Assembly (NCBI GenBank): GCA_963767005.1
Contig: CAVYCN010000002.1
Coordinates: forward strand, 288,001-352,000
Length of the DNA stretch: 64,000 nucleotides
Source of the DNA: an uncultured Actinomycetes bacterium
Lineage (GTDB): Bacteria; Actinomycetota; Thermoleophilia; UBA2241
Direction: 5' to 3'
In this document: one piece after another, positions 59,159 through 64,000 of the stretch
Position numbering within the stretch: position 1 is the first letter of the stretch
How the letters are laid out: each line of letters opens with the position of its first letter
Translations under genes and position numbers: made by a program
The notes under the pieces: model-generated
The model's input: the letters and a program-made list of their open reading frames with translations, nothing else
Database searches by the model: none
What the model was told of the DNA's origin: nothing

Positions 59159-59953
59159 ATGCGCGCAGGACTCCTCGGCGCCGGGCACATCGCACGGGCC
59201 CTTGCTGAGGGCTGGCACCGGCCGTCCCCCGATCTCAGCGCGCGGCCCGACCTCTTCGTCTACGATCCCCTCGACGAGCGCGCCGCGTCGCTCGCGGCCG
59301 CCTTCGAGGCGCGGGTCTGCGTCGCGCCCGCCGAGCTCGCCCGCGCTTGCGACGTCGTCGTCCTTGCCATGCGTCCGGCCGACGTGGCCGGCGGGCTCGC
59401 GGCCCTGAGGCCGGCGGTCGGGGAGACGGCGCTCGTCTCGGTCGCCGCCGCCGTGCCGCTCGCGACGCTGCTCGGCGGACTGCCGCCGGGCGCCCGTGTG
59501 GCACGCGTCATGCCCAACGTGGCCGCCGCGGTCGGACAGGGCGTCTTTCTGTTCGTACCGGGTACGCTCTCAGCGCGGCAGGCGGGCGAGGTCGCCGGCT
59601 TGTTCGCTCTGGCAGGGATGGTGGTCGAAGTGGCCGAGGAACAGTTCGACGCGGCGACCGCGGTCGCCGGCTGCGGCCCAGGCTTCACCGCGCTCTTCAT
59701 CGAAGCGCTGGCCAAGGCCGGCGCGGCGAGCGGGCTCGACGCGACGCTCGCCCGGCGCCTCGCGATCGGTGGCGTGGCCGGGGCGGCCGCTCTCTTGGCG
59801 CGCGACGGCGACCCGGTCGCGCTGCGCGAAGCGATCGCCACGCCGGGCGGCATGACGGCCGCGGGCGTCGAGGTGCTCGAGAGGAACGATCTGCGGGGGG
59901 CGCTCGGCGCGGCGGTCGCCGCGGCCGTAGCACACGCCAGGCGTACACCGTGA
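59159..59953 (+). CDS. proC: Pyrroline-5-carboxylate reductase
   Basis: GAG, SVAA, RVMPN, GCGP, TPGG.T. Confidence 0.9.
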   Translation: MRAGLLGAGHIARALAEGWHRPSPDLSARPDLFVYDPLDERAASLAAAFEARVCVAPAELARACDVVVLAMRPADVAGGLAALRPAVGETALVSVAAAVPLATLLGGLPPGARVARVMPNVAAAVGQGVFLFVPGTLSARQAGEVAGLFALAGMVVEVAEEQFDAATAVAGCGPGFTALFIEALAKAGAASGLDATLARRLAIGGVAGAAALLARDGDPVALREAIATPGGMTAAGVEVLERNDLRGALGAAVAAAVAHARRTP

Positions 59954-60231
59954 GCTTCCTGGCGAGCGTCGTCAACCTGGCCTTCGAGCTCTACTGGCTC
60001 GCCATCATCGGACGCATCCTGCTGAGCTGGGTGCCGCTGCGGTCCGGCACGTTCGCCTACCGCGTGTACAGTATCCTGTACGATGCGACCGAGCCGTATC
60101 TGCGGCTCTTCCGTCGGTATCTGCCCACGATACGGTTCGGCAACGCCGCCCTCGATCTGAGTCCGCTGGTCGGCCTCGTGGTCCTGGTCGTCGTGAACCA
60201 GATCGTCGTTCGTCTGATCGCTCGGCTCTAG
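59950..60231 (+). CDS. yggT: YggT family membrane protein
   Basis: RILLSW, TEPYL..FRR, LDLSP. Confidence 0.9.
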   Translation: MSFLASVVNLAFELYWLAIIGRILLSWVPLRSGTFAYRVYSILYDATEPYLRLFRRYLPTIRFGNAALDLSPLVGLVVLVVVNQIVVRLIARL

Positions 60232-60254
60232 ACCGCGCCAAGACTGGAGGCCCG

Positions 60255-61139
60255 ATGAAGCTCACTCCGCTCGACATCCGGCACAAGGAGTTCAAGCGCG
60301 GCATGCGCGGCTACGTCGACGGCGAGGTCGACGAGTTCCTCGACGAGGTCGCCGACGAGTTCGAGCGGCTCTTCAAGGAGAACATCGAGCTGTCCGAGCG
60401 CGGGGAGAGCCTCCAGGAGAAGCTCGACCAGTACCGCAACCTCGAAGAGACGCTGCAGAACACGCTGGTCGCGGCCCAGCGCAGCGCCGAGGAGCTCAAG
60501 GCCAACGCGCAGAAGGAGGCTCAGCTCATGCTGAGCGAGGCCGAGCTCAAGGCGCGCGAGATGGTCAACCAGTCCTACGCCGACAAGCAGACAGTCGAGA
60601 AGCAGATCGTCGTGCTGAAGGCCGCCGAAGAGGACTTCCGCTTCAAGTTCCGCTCACTGCTCGAAGGCTATGCCAAGCAGCTCACCGAGGCCGACGCGGC
60701 CACGAAGAAGGCCGAGCAGTTCGCCGGTCACGGCGAGCAGATCAGAGACGCCATGGCGCGTGACGCGGCGGCGCGCCCGGTGCCGGGCGCGGGTGCGCCA
60801 TCCCCGGGACCGGGCGCTCCCGTGCCGCCGCCCGCGCGGCCCGCCGGCGCCGGCGAGCCGCCGTTCAGGCCGGCCGTGCCGCCGGCCGAGCGTCCCACGG
60901 CGCCCGGGGCGGCCGCGACCGCGCCGCTCGGCGCCGAGCGCGACGGCGCCGCCGGTCCCACCGCCGCGGATGGCGAGAACGGCGCGACCGGCGTGGAGTC
61001 GGGCAAGGTCGCCGTGCCGCCCGCCGAGCGTCCCGGGCCGGCCGCCGCGGGTCAGCCGCGCGCGCCGTTCCTCGGCGATGCCGACGATCTCCTGTCCGAC
61101 GTCGACGGTGAGATCGACGAGAACGCCTTCAAGTGGTGA
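60255..61139 (+). CDS. divIVA: DivIVA family protein with Pro/Ala-rich C-terminal region
   Basis: LTPLDI..KEF....RGY...EVDEFLD followed by coiled coil. Confidence 0.92.
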   Translation: MKLTPLDIRHKEFKRGMRGYVDGEVDEFLDEVADEFERLFKENIELSERGESLQEKLDQYRNLEETLQNTLVAAQRSAEELKANAQKEAQLMLSEAELKAREMVNQSYADKQTVEKQIVVLKAAEEDFRFKFRSLLEGYAKQLTEADAATKKAEQFAGHGEQIRDAMARDAAARPVPGAGAPSPGPGAPVPPPARPAGAGEPPFRPAVPPAERPTAPGAAATAPLGAERDGAAGPTAADGENGATGVESGKVAVPPAERPGPAAAGQPRAPFLGDADDLLSDVDGEIDENAFKW

Positions 61140-61443
61140 CGGCGCGCCGCTGCGCGCCGCGAGCGACGGTCTGCGGCTCGCCGTCTGGGCTTCGCCCGGC
61201 CGGCGACGCTCGGCCTTGGCCGGCGTCGCCGACGGGCGCCTGCGCGTGCAGGTAGCGGCCCCGGCCGTCGACGGACGTGCCAACCGCGAGCTCCTGCGTT
61301 TCCTCGCCGGCGAGCTCGGCGTGGCGCCGAGCACCCTGGCGCTGGTGGCCGGCGAGAGCGGGCGACGCAAGACGATCGCGATCGCCGGCCTCGACCTGGT
61401 GACGGCTGCCGCGCGGCTGGGCCTCGGCGGAGACGAGCGGTGA
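61108..61443 (+). CDS. DUF167/YggU family protein (start uncertain)
   Basis: VAAPAVDGRAN..L..FLA..LGV...GE.GR.K. Confidence 0.75.
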   Translation: MRSTRTPSSGDGAPLRAASDGLRLAVWASPGRRRSALAGVADGRLRVQVAAPAVDGRANRELLRFLAGELGVAPSTLALVAGESGRRKTIAIAGLDLVTAAARLGLGGDER

Positions 61444-61919
61444 CCGGCTCGTCCGGGGCGGCGCTGCGCGGCGTCCGGCTGCGCGCCAGTGTCCTCGCCC
61501 TCGTGGTCCTCGGCGCCGACCAGCTCGCCGGCTGGCTCGTGCGCCACGAGGCGGCCCACCTGCCGTGGACGTTGGGTCGCGAGCTTGGCGTGCGGGTGGC
61601 GCACAACACCGGCATCTCGTTCAGTCGCCTGTCGGACAGCGGGGATTGGCTACGCTGGGTCATCGGCGCCGTCTGCGTCGCCCTGGCCGTTGCCCTCTGG
61701 CGCGCTCCGGCGCGTTTCGCCGTGCCCCTGGCGCTCGTGCTCGGAGGCGCGGCCGGCAACCTCGTCGACCGTCTGCGTTTCGGTTACGTCCTCGACTACG
61801 TCGGCATCGGCTCCTGGCCGACGTTCAACGTCGGCGACGTCGCGATCGCCGTCGGCGCCGCGCTCATCGCGCTCGCCGTGCTCTTCCCGGCGGGCGCCGG
61901 CGTGCGCCCTGAGGAGTGA
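61440..61919 (+). CDS. lspA: Lipoprotein signal peptidase
   Basis: DQ, NTGISFS, GGAAGNLVDR, V.DY, FNVGD. Confidence 0.92.
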   Translation: MTGSSGAALRGVRLRASVLALVVLGADQLAGWLVRHEAAHLPWTLGRELGVRVAHNTGISFSRLSDSGDWLRWVIGAVCVALAVALWRAPARFAVPLALVLGGAAGNLVDRLRFGYVLDYVGIGSWPTFNVGDVAIAVGAALIALAVLFPAGAGVRPEE

Positions 61920-61926
61920 GGCCGTC

Positions 61927-62838
61927 GTGCCCGGCTTCGTGCCGAGCGGCGACGAGCTCGGCGTGCGCCTCGACGCGGCGCTCGCTCGTCGCCTCGACAC
62001 GAGTCGAGCCGCCGCCCAGCGTCTGATCGAGTCGGGCGCCGTCACCGTGGCCGGCCGGCCGGCCGGCAAGAGCCACGTGCTGCGCGCCGGCGACGAGGTG
62101 GCCTACGAGGCCCCTCGGCCGGCCGCGACGAAGCTCACCGCCGAGGCCGTGCCGTACCGCCTGGTCTACGAGGACGACGACCTGCTCGTCGTCGACAAGC
62201 CGGCCGGCGTCGTCGTGCATCCCGCGCCGGGCCACGAGCACGGCACCCTCGTGCAGGGGTTGCTCGCGCGCGGCATCGCCGGCGGGCACGAGTCGCGCCC
62301 CGGCGTGGTCCACCGCCTCGACCGCGACACGTCGGGCCTTCTGATCGTGGCCCGTACCACCGTCGCGCACCGGCGCCTGGTCGAGCAGATGGCGCGCCGC
62401 GAGATCACCCGGCGCTACGTGGCCCTCGTGGTGGGCGACCTGCCGCACGACGCCGCCACAATCGACGCGCCGCTCGGCCGCCACGTGCGCGATCGCAAGC
62501 GGATCTCGGTGCACACGACGCGGCCGCGACGGGCCGTCACCCATGTCGCAGTGCGCCGGCGCCTCCCGGGCTACACCCTGCTCGACGTGCGGCTCGAGAC
62601 GGGGCGCACGCACCAGATCAGGGTGCATCTCGCGGCGCTCGGCCACGCCGTGGCGGGGGACACCGTATACGGGGCGCGCCAGCGGCCGCCGGGTCTTGAC
62701 CGCCAGTTCCTGCACGCCGCGCACCTCGAGCTGCGGCACCCCACGAGCGGCGCGGCGCTCGCCTTCGACGCGCCGCTGCCCGACGACCTGGCCGGGTTCC
62801 TGACGGCTCTCGAAGCGGCCGCTGCCCCGACCCCCTAG
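61927..62838 (+). CDS. RluA/RluD-family pseudouridine synthase with S4 domain
   Basis: RLD (S4), KPAG.VVHP, HRLDRDTSG, TGRTHQIRVH. Confidence 0.93.
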   Translation: MPGFVPSGDELGVRLDAALARRLDTSRAAAQRLIESGAVTVAGRPAGKSHVLRAGDEVAYEAPRPAATKLTAEAVPYRLVYEDDDLLVVDKPAGVVVHPAPGHEHGTLVQGLLARGIAGGHESRPGVVHRLDRDTSGLLIVARTTVAHRRLVEQMARREITRRYVALVVGDLPHDAATIDAPLGRHVRDRKRISVHTTRPRRAVTHVAVRRRLPGYTLLDVRLETGRTHQIRVHLAALGHAVAGDTVYGARQRPPGLDRQFLHAAHLELRHPTSGAALAFDAPLPDDLAGFLTALEAAAAPTP

Positions 62839-62900
62839 CCGCCGCGGGCCGCCGGCCGCGGGCCTTGACCGCGCCGCCGCGCCGGTCTAGAGTCGTGAAA

Positions 62901-62993
62901 ACCTTTAAGTCCAGGTCCGAGAGACCGGAAAGGGGTGCTTCATGACGCACCGTGCCAGCAGGTCCGCCGCCCACTCCGGGGCGGTGTTTTTTT
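62901..62993 (+). promoter_or_regulatory. PyrR-binding leader with terminator
   Basis: CCTTTAAGTCCAGGTCCGAGAGACCGGAAAGG stem-loop, then GC hairpin plus T-run (62963-62993) upstream of pyrR. Confidence 0.75.
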
Positions 62994-63572
62994 ATGTCTG
63001 AACGCGGCGACAGGGTCGTTATGACCGGCGAGCAGCTCGGCCGCACGGTCACCCGCATGGCCCACGAGATCCTCGAGAAGAACTCCGGCCAGGAGCGCCT
63101 TGCGGTGGTCGGTATCCACACGCGCGGCGCCTACCTGGCGCGCCGCCTGCACGCGATCCTGTCGGACATCGCGGGGCGTGAGCTGCCGCTCGGCGACCTC
63201 GACATCTCCTTCTATCGCGACGACGTCGCGGCGCGCGGCGCCTGGGGAGTGGTGCCGGCGACGCCCAACCCGGTCGTCAAGAGCAGCGACCTCGCTTTCG
63301 AGGTCGACGGCGCTACGGTGGTGCTCGTCGACGACGTGCTCTACACCGGACGCACGATCAAGGCCGCGATCGACGCCCTGTTCGACTACGGCCGGCCGTC
63401 TCGCGTGCAGCTCGCCGTCCTCGTCGACCGCGGTCATCGCGAGCTGCCGATCAGGCCCGACTACATCGGCAAGAACCTGCCGACGGCGCGCAACGAGCGC
63501 ATCGCCGTGCACCTCTCCGAGGTCGACGGCTCAGACGAGGTCGTGCTCGAGAGCCCGGCCGGGGAGGAATGA
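62994..63572 (+). CDS. pyrR: PyrR regulator/uracil phosphoribosyltransferase
   Basis: LDISFYRDD, LVDDVLYTGRT, DRGHRELPI. Confidence 0.96.
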   Translation: MSERGDRVVMTGEQLGRTVTRMAHEILEKNSGQERLAVVGIHTRGAYLARRLHAILSDIAGRELPLGDLDISFYRDDVAARGAWGVVPATPNPVVKSSDLAFEVDGATVVLVDDVLYTGRTIKAAIDALFDYGRPSRVQLAVLVDRGHRELPIRPDYIGKNLPTARNERIAVHLSEVDGSDEVVLESPAGEE

Positions 63573-63573
63573 C

Positions 63574-64000
63574 ATGGCCAAGCGTGACCTGCTGTCGATC
63601 GACGATCTGACCCGCTCCGAGGCCGAGCTCATCCTCGAGACGGCCGAGAGCTTCCTGCCCGTGCTGCAACGCGACATCAAGAAGGTGCCGACGCTGCGCG
63701 GTCGCACGATCATCAACATGTTCTACGAATCCTCGACCCGCACGCTGACGAGCTTCGAGCTCGCCGCCAAGCGCCTGTCGGCCGACACCATGAACGTGCG
63801 CGCCGCGGGCTCGGCGGTCGACAAGGGCGAGTCGCTCAAGGACACCATCCTCACGCTGTCGGCCTACCAGCCCGACATCATCGTCATGCGGCACCCCCAG
63901 ATCGGCGCCTGCCGTCTCGCCTCGCGATACACGGGGGCGAGCGTGGTGAACGCCGGCGACGGCAAGTTCCAGCACCCCTCGCAGTGCCTGCTCGACCTCT
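63574..64000 (+). CDS. pyrB: Aspartate carbamoyltransferase, 5' part (runs off window)
   Basis: FYESSTRT..SFE.A, KGESL.DT, MRH, NAGDG..QHP.Q. Confidence 0.95.
   Translation, partial: MAKRDLLSIDDLTRSEAELILETAESFLPVLQRDIKKVPTLRGRTIINMFYESSTRTLTSFELAAKRLSADTMNVRAAGSAVDKGESLKDTILTLSAYQPDIIVMRHPQIGACRLASRYTGASVVNAGDGKFQHPSQCLLDL

Noticed and set aside
60760-61070. Low-complexity Pro/Ala region in divIVA as a separate element
   Set aside because: Consistent with a disordered linker, common in actinobacterial DivIVA proteins

Overview
Very GC-rich bacterial chromosomal window. Gene content and order suggest a deep-branching actinomycete (Thermoleophilia-like); this is an inference. The housekeeping backbone runs aroA-cmk-plsC-ispH-DUF512 ... 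der-plsY-gpsA ... metK-priA-def-fmt-rsmB-rpe-rib operon ... rpmB-Asp23-fakA-fakB-recG-tRNA nucleotidyltransferase-pgeF-yggS-sepF-proC-yggT-divIVA-lspA-rlu-pyrR-pyrB. Two accessory regions interrupt it. (1) A ~29 kb methylated-amine/C1 island (~4.2-33.2 kb) carries an MtbB-type methyltransferase with an in-frame amber codon at the pyrrolysine position, followed by a long stem-loop. It also has non-Pyl MttB and MtmB homologues, one corrinoid protein, three choline/APH-type kinases, three APC permeases, two DeoR regulators, a plant-HPR1-like dehydrogenase with glycerate kinase, a glycine-riboswitch-led GcvT-SHMT fusion and an atypical transketolase. It further holds two diverged copies of an uncharacterised three-gene module (Pol-beta-fold nucleotidyltransferase + metallophosphoesterase + APC transporter). 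(2) An integrase-less integron cassette remnant with two attC sites lies between gpsA and metK. Glycine, SAM-I (with an extra hairpin), FMN and PyrR RNA leaders are present. No tRNA, rRNA, CRISPR array, transposase or pyl gene was seen. All assignments are from motif recognition by eye, with no database search.
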